Shown here piece after piece: positions 53,590-63,283 of a stretch of 64,000 bases of DNA. Position numbers and translations under genes: made by a program. The number at the start of each line of letters is the position of its first letter. The first letter of the stretch is position 1. The notes beneath the pieces were generated by a model. It ran no database searches, had not been told where the DNA came from, and saw only the letters and a list, made by a program, of their open reading frames with translations. This DNA comes from an uncultured Candidatus Rokubacteria bacterium (GTDB lineage: Bacteria; Methylomirabilota; Methylomirabilia; Rokubacteriales; CSP1-6): contig CAWBMV010000001.1 in assembly GCA_963789955.1 (NCBI GenBank), positions 576,001 through 640,000 on the forward strand, read 5' to 3'.

Positions 53590-54759
53590 CTACTCGGCGA
53601 CGCAGATGCGGTTGCGGCCCGTCCGCTTCGCGTGATACAGCGCCTGGTCGGCGGCGCGAATGACGTCGTCGGGCTCGACACTGGTCTCGTCCGGCTCCGC
53701 GACACCGATGCTGACGGTGATCTCGATCCGGCGCCGCCCGCCGTTCGAGCGCACCGGCTTCTCGGGGCGCACCTTCGGCCGATCGCGGCCGCGAAGGGTG
53801 AAGCTCGAGGCCTCGATCGCCTCGCGTAGATCCTCGAGATAGGGCAGCGCGTCCTCGGTCGACTTGCCCGGAAACAGCACCGCGAACTCCTCGCCGCCAT
53901 AGCGAAAGGGCCGGCCGCCGCCCTCGGTGCGGGTCAAGGTCGAGCCGATCATGCGCAGGACCTGATCGCCGGCGGCGTGACCGTACTCGTCGTTGAGCTT
54001 CTTGAAGTGATCGATGTCGATCATCGCGATCGTGTAGACCTCGGGCAGGCGCATGAGCGCGTCGGTCAAGGCGCGGCGTGACGGAAGCCCGGTCAGCTCG
54101 TCGCTGAACGCCATCCGGTGCGAGGTCTCGATCAGCGACACGATGAGGACGAGCCCGCCGGTCGCCAGATAGACCGTCGACGCGGGGCCGGTGCCGTGAA
54201 GGCCGAGCAGCGCGGCCAGCAGCGCCCAGGCGAGACTCGCCTGGATCACGGTCCGGCGGACGACGAAGCGCAGGGCGGTCGCCGCGATCGCGACCAGGAA
54301 GGCGATCAGCGCGACCGCCGGAATTCTCGTGACCTGCAGGCCGCTGAGCACGAGGCCCTGTTGCATGGTGTGGGCGACCGTTGACAGCTCCGGGCGCAGG
54401 AGCAGGGCGATCGCGAGGGGCTGGATAATGATCGCGCCCTCCACGATACGGCCTTGCCACGTCGACATGGTGCGCTCCGAGAGCCAGGCGATCGCGGCGA
54501 GATCGAGTGGCAGGAGGACCGCGACGGCAGAGTACACGATGCCGCCAACCTGCACCGACGAGCTCAAGAACGGAGACGCGATGGCACGATCGGCGGCCAA
54601 GAGGACCACCAGCGCGACGACGAGCTGGCTACGCTTGAATCGCCAGCCGAGCAGGATCCCGACGCCGAAGATGACCCACGAATAGACGGGCGCCGAGGTT
54701 GCGACCGCCTCCTGGATCGACGCGGTCTTCAAGATGACCGTGGCGCCCAGCAGCAGCAC
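53590..54759 (-). CDS. Membrane-bound diguanylate cyclase (GGDEF domain)
   Basis: DELTGLPSRR, DIDHFKKLNDEYGHAAGD, RYGGEEF, ADQALYHAK; start uncertain. Confidence 0.9.
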   Translation of the reverse strand: MLLLGATVILKTASIQEAVATSAPVYSWVIFGVGILLGWRFKRSQLVVALVVLLAADRAIASPFLSSSVQVGGIVYSAVAVLLPLDLAAIAWLSERTMSTWQGRIVEGAIIIQPLAIALLLRPELSTVAHTMQQGLVLSGLQVTRIPAVALIAFLVAIAATALRFVVRRTVIQASLAWALLAALLGLHGTGPASTVYLATGGLVLIVSLIETSHRMAFSDELTGLPSRRALTDALMRLPEVYTIAMIDIDHFKKLNDEYGHAAGDQVLRMIGSTLTRTEGGGRPFRYGGEEFAVLFPGKSTEDALPYLEDLREAIEASSFTLRGRDRPKVRPEKPVRSNGGRRRIEITVSIGVAEPDETSVEPDDVIRAADQALYHAKRTGRNRICVAE

Positions 54760-54804
54760 GGCGCCGGGCGCCAGGTGGGGCAGGAACCTGTCCAGGAGCG
54801 TCCG

Positions 54805-54954
54805 TTACTGCGGCGGGTAGCGGAACGGCGCCCAACCGTTGCCCTGGACCGGCTTGGGAGTGTAGGTCCCGCCCGACTTGGCCTGCTTCGGCGCAGCCGG
54901 CTTCTTGCCGGCCCGCTTCCGCGCCGCCGCCTTCGTGGCCTTCTTCTTTTTCAT
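54805..54954 (-). CDS. 49-aa Lys/Ala-rich basic protein (not in ORF track)
   Basis: MKKKKATKAAARKRAGKKPAAPKQAKSGGTYTPKPVQGNGWAPFRYPPQ; GC3-rich codons; TAAAGT box 7 nt upstream. Confidence 0.7.
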   Translation of the reverse strand: MKKKKATKAAARKRAGKKPAAPKQAKSGGTYTPKPVQGNGWAPFRYPPQ

Positions 54955-55016
54955 GGAGCGCACTTTACAACAGCGACAGAAATATGGTCAATGAGAGGCC
55001 TGCTTGAGGAGATCGC

Positions 55017-55895
55017 GTGACGCCCGACTCGCTCCATCGGCTTCGCGACCGCCGGTTTCGCCGGCTGCCGGCGCGCCGAGTCCAGGGCGAGCGCGCGGCG
55101 CTCGCGTTCGTGCGCGACGTCGGCTTCTGCTCGACCTTCTACCGATTCCCCGAAGGCGTCGCCTGTCTCTGGGAGGCGGTGGCCGGCAAGGCGAACCCGC
55201 GCTGGCCCCGGCACTCGCACCACGACGCCGGCATCGGCCTCACCTGGGACCTCAAGGACACCCTGCCGGCGAGCAAGCGCGTGTACTACGGCAAGCTCCT
55301 CAAGGGCCGGCCGCTCCTGGTCTCGCTGGATCTGTTCCCGATGTTCTACGCGCTCGTGCGCGGCCGCCAGCGGGCGCGCGACTACCGTGTGGAGTACGAG
55401 GCGGGGCGACTCTCCCACACGGGCCGCCGGATCATGGACGCGATGCTCGACGAGCACCCGCAGTACACGCGCGAGCTGCGCGCGAACGTGTTCATGCTGG
55501 AGCCCTCGAAGACCCGCGAGTTCGAGCGCGCGATGGCGGAGCTCCAGCAGGGGCTCTGGCTCGTCAAGAGCGAGGAGCGCTACGAGCCGACCTTCTCCTA
55601 TCGCTGGGACCTGCTCGAGACGTGGCTGCCGGACAAGGTCGCCGAAGGCCGCCGGCTGTCGCGCGAGACGGCCGTCTCGGGGCTGATCGAGCGCTACACG
55701 CGCGGCGCGGTGTTCACGACCGAGCGGCAGCTCGCGCGGCTGTTCGGCCTCGCGTCCGACGAGGTCGCGCGGGCGGTCAAGACCCTGGCGCGCGCCCGAG
55801 CGGTGCGGGCCGACTGCGCGATCGACGGCTGGCCCGGCCGCTGGCTGATCCACGGAGCGGCCGCGGGGAATGCGCGGAGCGCGGAAAGGAGCTGA
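55017..55895 (+). CDS. Hypothetical protein, possibly AlkZ-related/winged-helix DNA-binding
   Basis: GAGGAG RBS; ALAFVRDVGF, CLWEAV, WDLKDTL, VYYGKL; family assignment tentative. Confidence 0.6.
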   Translation: MTPDSLHRLRDRRFRRLPARRVQGERAALAFVRDVGFCSTFYRFPEGVACLWEAVAGKANPRWPRHSHHDAGIGLTWDLKDTLPASKRVYYGKLLKGRPLLVSLDLFPMFYALVRGRQRARDYRVEYEAGRLSHTGRRIMDAMLDEHPQYTRELRANVFMLEPSKTREFERAMAELQQGLWLVKSEERYEPTFSYRWDLLETWLPDKVAEGRRLSRETAVSGLIERYTRGAVFTTERQLARLFGLASDEVARAVKTLARARAVRADCAIDGWPGRWLIHGAAAGNARSAERS

Positions 55896-55899
55896 GCCG

Positions 55900-56727
55900 A
55901 TGCCGACGGTGAGACTGCGGGACGCCGGAGAATACCCGGAGCCCATCCAGAAGCTCTTCGAGGTTGCGAAGGCGTGGTTCAAGTACGACTTCGCGCAGCC
56001 GCCGGCGATGAGCCGGGTGATGGCGTGGGATCCGGAGCTCGGCGCCTTTCACGGGCGCGCGATGAAGCGCGCGATGACGCCGGGGGAATTCAGCCGGGCC
56101 GAGAAGGAGATGGTCGCCGCGGTCGTCAGCGGCGTCAACGCCTGCGCGTACTGAGTACGCGCCCACACTGCAGCCGGGAAGCTGCAGGGAATGGCCGGCG
56201 ACGCGCCCTGGTACGAGGCTGCGCTCCTCGTGGGCGTCACGAACGCGCTCAACGTCGTCGCCGACTCACCGCTGGAATCGCTCGAGCCGGCGAGCCCGAG
56301 CGCCGAGGCGCAGACCGTGTTCGCCGACATCCGCGCCTTCTACGACCGCGCCGACGTGCCGGTCCCGTTCCGCCGGGTGGCGTCCGACCCGGGCTATCTG
56401 GCCGATCTGTGGGGCGCCACCCGCCGCGTGTTCGCCGACAACACCCTCACGCGCCGCCACAAGGAGGCGCTGGCGTTCGCCGTGTCGGTCACGACCCGCT
56501 CTTCGTTCGGGACGGCATTCCATCTGGCCGAGATGCGACGGCTCGGCGTCGGCGAGCGCGGCGTGATGGAGGTGCTCGGCGTCACGCAGATGTTCTCGAG
56601 CTACACCAAGATCGCCGACACGCTCCAGCTCGAGCCGGACATGGACCACATCGCCGCGGCCGACCCGTCGCCGGCGCCGGGCGGTACGCCGCCCACGCCC
56701 AGAACGCGACCTCCCGAGGCGCCGTAG
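55900..56727 (+). CDS. Selenocysteine-containing AhpD/carboxymuconolactone decarboxylase-family protein with tandem domains; Sec at TGA 56152-56154
   Basis: AAGGAG RBS; EKEMVAAVVSGVNACAY-UGA-VRAH matches AhpD CxxCxxxH; continues in frame into ORF 56191..56727 (275 codons). Confidence 0.88.
56168..56187 (+). promoter_or_regulatory. Candidate bacterial SECIS hairpin
   Basis: CTGCAGC-CGGGAA-GCTGCAG, perfect 7-bp stem starting 13 nt after the UGA. Confidence 0.75.
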
Positions 56728-56741
56728 CGCAGCGGCGCGAC

Positions 56742-58026
56742 TCAGCGGCCGCGGCAGTCTTCGCGAAGCGTGGTGCGGGCGACGTCGAGAAACCGCTGGA
56801 TGTCCGCGCCGGTGTGGGCGAGCGAGAGATACAGCTTCGTCGACATCGGATTCAGGAAGATGCCGCGCCGGAAGAGGCCCAGCAGGAAGGCGCGGGCGCG
56901 AGCCCGGTCGGAGTCGAACGCGGTCCGGTAGTCGACGACCTCGTGATCGGTGAACACGATCGCCGCGAGCGGACCGTCGCCCTGAACCTGCGCGGTGACG
57001 CCTTCCTGCTTCAGCACCGAGACGAGCCCGCCGCGCAGCGACTCGCCGAGCGCGAAGAGGCGCTCATACGTGCCCTCGCGCCGCAGCTCGGCCAGAGTGG
57101 CGACCGCCGCCGCGGCGGAGACGGGATTGCCCCCGATGCTCGAGGCGAACCACACGTAGCGATCCTGGCCGAGCCGATCTTCGCGCACGAGGTCGAGCAC
57201 GTCGGCCCGGCCCGCCACGACGCCGATCGGATAGCCGCCGCCGAGCGCCTTGCCGTAGGTCGCCAGGTCCGGCCGCACGCCGTAGTACTCCTGCGCGCCG
57301 CCGTACGCGAGGCGGAATCCCGTCACGGTCTCGTCGAAGATCAAGAGCACGCCGAGCTCGGCCGTGAGCTCGCGCAGCCCCGCGAGGAACCCGGGCTGGG
57401 GCGGCGTGCAGCGATGGAGCGGCTCGACGATGATGGCGGCGACGTCGTCGCGATGGGCCGCGAGGATCGCCGTGGTCGTGCGCGAGATCGTTGTACGGCG
57501 CCACCAGCACGTCGTCGACGGCGCTCGCCGGCACGCCGGCCGACGTGGGCTCGCCCTGCGGAAACGCGAGGAGGCGGCGCGGGAACAGGCTCACGGTGCC
57601 GACCTCGTTCGCGCCGTGGTACGCGCCCTCGAATTTCAGGACGCGCGAGCGCCCGGTGTAGGCGCGCGCGAGCCGCGCGGCGTACGCGGTGGCCTCGGTG
57701 CCCGAGGCGCAGAAGCGCAAGCGCTCGGCGCACGGGACCGCCCGCGCCAGCTCCTCGGCGAGCTCGAGTGAGGCGTCGGTGACGTAGGCGAAGTTCGAGC
57801 CGAGCGCCGCGCGGCGGCGGACCGCCTCGACGATCGCCGGGTGGGCGTGGCCGAGGATCACGGATCCCCAGCCCATCGTGAAGTCGGTGAACGCGCGGCC
57901 GTCCGTATCCCAGACGGTGGCGCCCTCGCCGCGAGCGAGCACGATCGTGAGCTCGCGGGGCAAGTCGTACTCGCCGGGTGAGCCCGCTGGAAAGACGGCC
58001 CACGAGCGGTCGGCGGCGGATGTCAC
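56742..58026 (-). CDS. Class III aminotransferase (GSA aminomutase-like), frameshifted near 57480
   Basis: SGTEAT, KFEGAYHG, LIFDETVTGFR, GKALGGG. Confidence 0.88.
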
Positions 58027-58061
58027 GGCAGTGGTGGGCTACGACGCGAGCGCGCCGAGGA

Positions 58062-58235
58062 TCAGGGGTCCGAGCAATCCCTGCAGCTTCCGCAGTTCTT
58101 GCAGACGATCTTGCACTGACGCTCTTCCATCTGCTCGCCGCAGCGTTCGCAGTGGTGCACCCAGTGGGCTCCGGCGGAGAGAGGCGTGACGTCGGCGCGA
58201 ACGAGGGGCCGAGACGGGCTCGGGCGCGGCTCCAT
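58062..58235 (-). CDS. 57-aa Cys-rich zinc-finger microprotein (not in ORF track)
   Basis: ...CERCGEQMEERQCKIVCKNCGSCRDCSDP*. Confidence 0.75.
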   Translation of the reverse strand: MEPRPSPSRPLVRADVTPLSAGAHWVHHCERCGEQMEERQCKIVCKNCGSCRDCSDP

Positions 58236-58256
58236 GCCGCTGGTACACTACCGCGC

Positions 58257-58748
58257 ATGGCCGACGACTGGCAAGATCTAGAGTTCCTGCGCCACGTGTT
58301 CGACGAGACGCAGGTGGTGCGCAAGCCCCTCACCGGGATCATCACGGGCTACCACGTGCTGCCCTACATCCTGGTCGGGCCCGAGCACGACCAGCCCGGC
58401 CGCTCGGTGGAGGTTCGCGGCCGCATCAAGGTGTCGCCGCGGCTCGTCATCGGCGCCGGCAGCCCGACCTACGGCGAGATGTTCAACGAGACCGAGCTCA
58501 TGGATCAGCGCCTGATCGCGCGCGTGTTCAGCTTCCGCTACGCCTCGCGGGTCTCGCTCGAGAGCGAGGAGCTCCGCATCCGCCGCCAGGAGCGGGACGC
58601 GCCCGGCCATCTCGAGCGTGTGCTCGAGGAGCTGTCGCAGCGCGAGGTCATCAACACGGGCGTCATCGCGACGCCGGACGTGCGCTTCTATCCCGTCTCG
58701 ATCGACCGCTTCATCCGCGAGATCCTCGATCAAGAGTTCCGCGAGTAG
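58257..58748 (+). CDS. Hypothetical protein
   Basis: Typical codon usage; TGYHVLPYILVG; TACACT box 7 nt upstream. Confidence 0.75.
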   Translation: MADDWQDLEFLRHVFDETQVVRKPLTGIITGYHVLPYILVGPEHDQPGRSVEVRGRIKVSPRLVIGAGSPTYGEMFNETELMDQRLIARVFSFRYASRVSLESEELRIRRQERDAPGHLERVLEELSQREVINTGVIATPDVRFYPVSIDRFIREILDQEFRE

Positions 58749-60234
58749 CCTGGTCGTCCTCGGTCTGGCCGGGCTCGTGGGCGTGCTCGCATGGCGCTCG
58801 CGCGGCTGGCCGCTGATCCACGACGCGCCGCTCATGCACTACATCGCCTGGCGGATCAGCGAGGGCGCCGTGCCGTATCGGGACCTCTTCGACATGAATT
58901 TCCCGGGCGTCTACCTGCTGCATCTGGCCGCGCTCAAGCTGTTCGGCGCCGGCGACGCCGGGTGGCGCGCGTTCGATCTCGTGTGGCTGGCGGCGACGTC
59001 GCTCGCGGCCGCGGCGCTGGCCGCGCCGTGGGGACGGCTCGCGGCCGCCGGCGCCGGCCTGTTCATGGCGGTCTACCATCTGGCCGCCGGCGCCTGGCAG
59101 ACGGGACAGCGCGACTTTCTCCTGTGTCCGTTCCTGTTGCTGGCCGCGCTCGCCGTCGCGCGCTGGGCCGAGCGTCCGGGACAACGCGCGAGCCTCGCAT
59201 GGGGCGGGCTGGCGCTCGGCGCCGGGATCACGGTGAAGCCCCACGCCGGATTGCTCGCCGCGGCGCTGCTCGTGCTCGTCGCGGTCGTGGCGCGCCGACG
59301 CGGGCTGCTCGAGAGCGAGCGCGCCGCGGACGGCGCGACGCCGGCCGCGCGGCGTCTGTCGGCGCGCAACGTCGCGGCTCCGGTGGGGATCTTCGCGGCG
59401 GCGATCGTCGTGCCGTCGCTCGCCGTCGTCGCCTGGCTCGCCGCCGTGGGCGCGCTCCCTGCGTGGTACGAGATCGTCGTCCGCTATCTCGTGCCGCTCT
59501 ACTCGCGCCTGGGGCGACCGGATCGGTGGACCTTCTATCGATGGCACGTGTGGCTTCCGATCGCGGCCGGCGTGGCGCTCTCGCTCGGATCCGCCCTCGC
59601 GGGCCGCCGCTTCGGTACGAGGCACGCGGTCGTGACCGTCGGGCTCGGCTACGGCGTCGTCCACTTCTTCGGCCAGGGCAAGGGCTGGGAGTACCATCTC
59701 TATCCGCTCGCGGCCTTCGCGGCGGTCGCGCTGTTCGCCGAGATGCCGCGGCTGGTCGAAGCGAGCCGCGTGGCGGCGGTGCCCCTGCTCGCGTGTATCG
59801 TCGCGGCCGCGGCGATGCTCGGGATCAAGGGGGTCGAGGCGTCCGACGCCGCGTGGATCGCGGCAAAGGAGCGCCGGGTCAGCGCGGTCGTGGCGGACCT
59901 CGACGGTCGGATCGCGCCGGAGGACTTCGTGCAGGTACTGGACACCACCGAGGCCGGCGTCCACGCGTTGCTGCGGCTCCGCGCCGTCCAGCCGACGCGG
60001 TTCATCTACGACTTCCACTTCTATCACGACGTCCAGACGCCGATGATCCGGCGGCTGCGCGACGAGTTCCTCACGAGCTTCGACGCGCATCCGCCGAAGT
60101 TCGTCGTGCTGTTCGAGCGCGGGTGGCCCGCGGGCGGCTACGAGCGCGTCGACGGCTTCGCCGGGCTTCGGCTGAGGCTCTCGGCCTACCGGATCGATCG
60201 GCGCGGCGACGGGTACCTCGTGTATGCGCGCTGA
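58730..60234 (+). CDS. GT-C fold membrane glycosyltransferase-like protein
   Basis: HDAPLMHY, VPYRDLFDMNFPG, many TMs; start not resolvable. Confidence 0.7.
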
Positions 60235-60872
60235 CATCATCCGCCGCATCATTCGCGCCTACGACGATCCGATCGTGCGCGCCTACTGTTGGGTGCGGTT
60301 CTGGATCCTGCGCCAGCGCTTCCTCGACGAGATCGGGCAGTATCTGCCGCCGTCGGGGCCCGTGCTCGACATCGGATGCGGCTTCGGTCTGTTCTCGCTC
60401 TACTACGCCGCGACGGCACCCGCGCGCTTCGTCCACGGCGATCGACCTGAACACGCGACGCATCGCGATGGCACGCCGCGCGGCGGCGCGGCTGTCGATC
60501 GAGAACGTCGCGTACGAAGAGGGCGACGCGCGGACCTTCAAGGGCGACGGCGAGGTCGCGGCCGCCTACATGCTCGACATCGTGCACCATATCGCCCCGG
60601 ACACCGTGCCGCCGCTGCTGCGGCGGCTCCACGCCTGCCTCGCCCCCGGCGGCGTGCTCGTCGTCAAAGACGTCGACACGCGCCCGGCGCCGAAGCGCTG
60701 GTTTACCTGGACACTCGACAAGCTGATGGCGCCGACGACCCCGGTGCGGTACTGGAGCGGGGACGAGCTGGGAGCCGCGCTACGCGACGCCGGGTTCGAG
60801 GTGCGGCGTCACGCGATGCTCGACTTTCTTCCGTATCCGCACGTCATCTATATCGCGACCCGGCGACCGTAG
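60224..60872 (+). CDS. Class I SAM-dependent methyltransferase, frameshifted near 60440
   Basis: VLDIGCGFG, DIVHH, LAPGG. Confidence 0.85.
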
Positions 60873-60885
60873 CCGCCGCGCGCCG

Positions 60886-61617
60886 TCACGACGCGTCCGG
60901 CGGCTCCTCGCGAGCCTCGTAGCGGAGCCGCCGCGCCTGCAGCCAGCGCACCCCGAACAGGTCGACGACGCCTCGCCACGCGCGATTGCGGACGCCGTAG
61001 TTCGAGACGCCGAAGCGTCGCGGGCGGTGATTCACGGGCACCACGATCACGCGATGGCCGGCCTGGCGGAGCAGCGCCGGCACGAATCGATGGAAGCCGT
61101 CGAAGAACTGGAGACTGTCGACGCAGCGCCGGTGCATCGCGCGGAGCGAGCACGCGCTGTCGCGCACCTGGTCGCCGAGCACGGCGCCGCGCACCGTGTT
61201 GGCGATACGCGAGGACATGCGTTTGAGCCACGGATCGCGCCGCGCCTGGCGCCACCCGCACGCCGCGTCCCAGCGATCGAGCTGAGCGAGCAGCAGGGGA
61301 ATATCGCCCGGGTCGGACTGCAGGTCGGAGTCGAGCGTGACGACGATGCGCCCGCGGACGGCGCGCAGCCCGGCCGCCAGCGCGGACGAGAGCCCGCGGT
61401 TGGCCGCGAGCCGGATCAGGCGCACGCGCGTGTCGGTCGCCTGCAGGAGTCGCACGAACTCCACGCTCGAGTCCGTGGACCCGTCGTCGACCACGATGAC
61501 CTCGGCCGAATCCTCGACGGTCTTGAGGACGGCCTGCAGCTCCTCCCAGAGAACGGGCAGACTCTGCGCCTCGTTGAAGACGGGAAGAACGATCGACAGC
61601 CCGACCTCGTTGGTCAT
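60886..61617 (-). CDS. Glycosyltransferase family 2 (polyprenol-phosphate sugar transferase-like)
   Basis: LSIVLPVFNE, VDDGSTD, LDSDLQ, FHRFVP. Confidence 0.88.
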   Translation of the reverse strand: MTNEVGLSIVLPVFNEAQSLPVLWEELQAVLKTVEDSAEVIVVDDGSTDSSVEFVRLLQATDTRVRLIRLAANRGLSSALAAGLRAVRGRIVVTLDSDLQSDPGDIPLLLAQLDRWDAACGWRQARRDPWLKRMSSRIANTVRGAVLGDQVRDSACSLRAMHRRCVDSLQFFDGFHRFVPALLRQAGHRVIVVPVNHRPRRFGVSNYGVRNRAWRGVVDLFGVRWLQARRLRYEAREEPPDAS

Positions 61618-63207
61618 CACGCGCCGCCTCGGCTCAGAACCAGCATTTCGTCGTTGGCCACGCGGCGCGCCGCGACGATGTGCCACGACGGATGCGCCAG
61701 AGGCTGGAGCCCGGTCCACGACTTCCTCGACATGATCACGGCCCCGCTCGCCGGGCCCGCCAGCAGCTGCTCGACGCGCGGTGCGATCGAGCTCGACGAC
61801 GGGACGGCGGAGATAAAAATCGTAGGTCAGCCAGATGTCAGGGTACACCAGCACCGCGGCGCCGGGTGCCGTCAAAGCGCTCGCGGCCGCCGCGATCGGC
61901 CGGACGTCGAAGTCTCGCGCGAACCTGGCCGGATAGCGGGCGCCCTCGATCACGAGAATCGCCCCGACGCCGAGCGCCACGACGAGCCCGCCCCGGACGA
62001 ACGCCTGCCGCCGCGCGGCCACGACGGCCCCCAGAGCCGTTGCCGTCAGCAAGACGACGATCAGCGCGATCTCGGCGCGCGAGTCCGGCACCCACGGCCG
62101 GCCCTCCCCACCGATCAGCCGCGCGGCCGGCGAGAGCGCGAACGCGGCGACGACCACCGCCAGCCCCGCGACCGCGAACAGGGCGCCGCGCAGCGCGCGG
62201 CCACCGCCGCGCGCCGCCGCCCGCGTGAGGAATTCGCCGACGAGCAGCGCCAGACCAGGGTAGATGGGGATCAGGTAACGGGCGCGGTGAATGCCGCTCA
62301 GGCCGATCAGCAGCCAGATCGTGAGGGTCCACGCGGCGATCAGACGCCGCTCGGCGTCGGGGAGCCGTCGCCACCACGTCGCCGCGCCCACGAGAAAGAT
62401 CGTCCACGGCAGCGCGTACGCGAAAACCCAGAGGCTCTCGAGGCGCGCGAGCGCGCCGCGCCGGAACGCCCAGCTTCCGTAGTGACCGACGACGGTGTCG
62501 CCGACGAACTCCGATCCGTGGCCGACGAGATACGTTCCGTACCACGGAGCCAGGAGCACCGTGATGACGGCGAGACCGAGGACCGGACGCAATCGGATGA
62601 GCGTGCGCCACCCGTCGGTGACGCCGATCGCGACGAAGCCTCCGACGAGCGCGATCAGGCCCATCGGTCCTTTGCTCATGATCGCAGCGGCGACACAGGC
62701 GTAGTAGGCGATGAGCGGGAGCGCCGTGTAGCCGGCCCGACGCGCCACGACGAGGCCGTAGAACGCCCACCACGTCCACGCCGTCACCATTACGTCCGAC
62801 TGGCCGTGGTGGCCGATCGCGAAGAAGCCGATCGTGGAGGCGAGCACGAGCGCCGACATCGCGCCGGTGCCCACACCCCAGATCCGGGCGCCGATCGCGA
62901 AGGCGGCCGCCACGGTCGCGATCGACGAAAGAACCGCGGGCAGCGCCGCCGTCCATTCCGTCACCTCGCCGCCGGGCAGCGACGCGACCGCCACGGACCA
63001 GAAGAAGAGCTGGGGCTTGTTGAGATACGGCACGCCGCGCAAGTCGGGAATGAGCCACCGGCCACTGTCGAGGATGTCGCGAGCCAGGAGCATGTAGCGC
63101 GCCTCGTTCGGATCCCAGAGCGGCGCCCGGCCGGCCGGGAGCCCCACCACGAGCGCAGCGAACGCCAGCACTGCGACGAGCACGAGGCGGGACCGGAGCG
63201 CGGACAT
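61614..63207 (-). CDS. ArnT/PMT-family (GT39/83-like) glycosyltransferase, frameshifted near 61780
   Basis: NEARY, YLNKPQL, SKGP, RYLIPIYP; multiple TMs. Confidence 0.85.
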
Positions 63208-63283
63208 GGCAGCAGGGTGCCAATCACCGCCCCGAGGTTCAAGCTTTTTGGCCACCTCTGGTGTCAGAGGCTAGTCTGAAGAT

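Noticed and set aside
60886..63255. 789-aa ArnT-GT2 fusion ORF
   Set aside because: The protein turns to nonsense near 61780 and there is a GTGATGA start/stop overlap at 61614-61620, indicating two genes plus an indel
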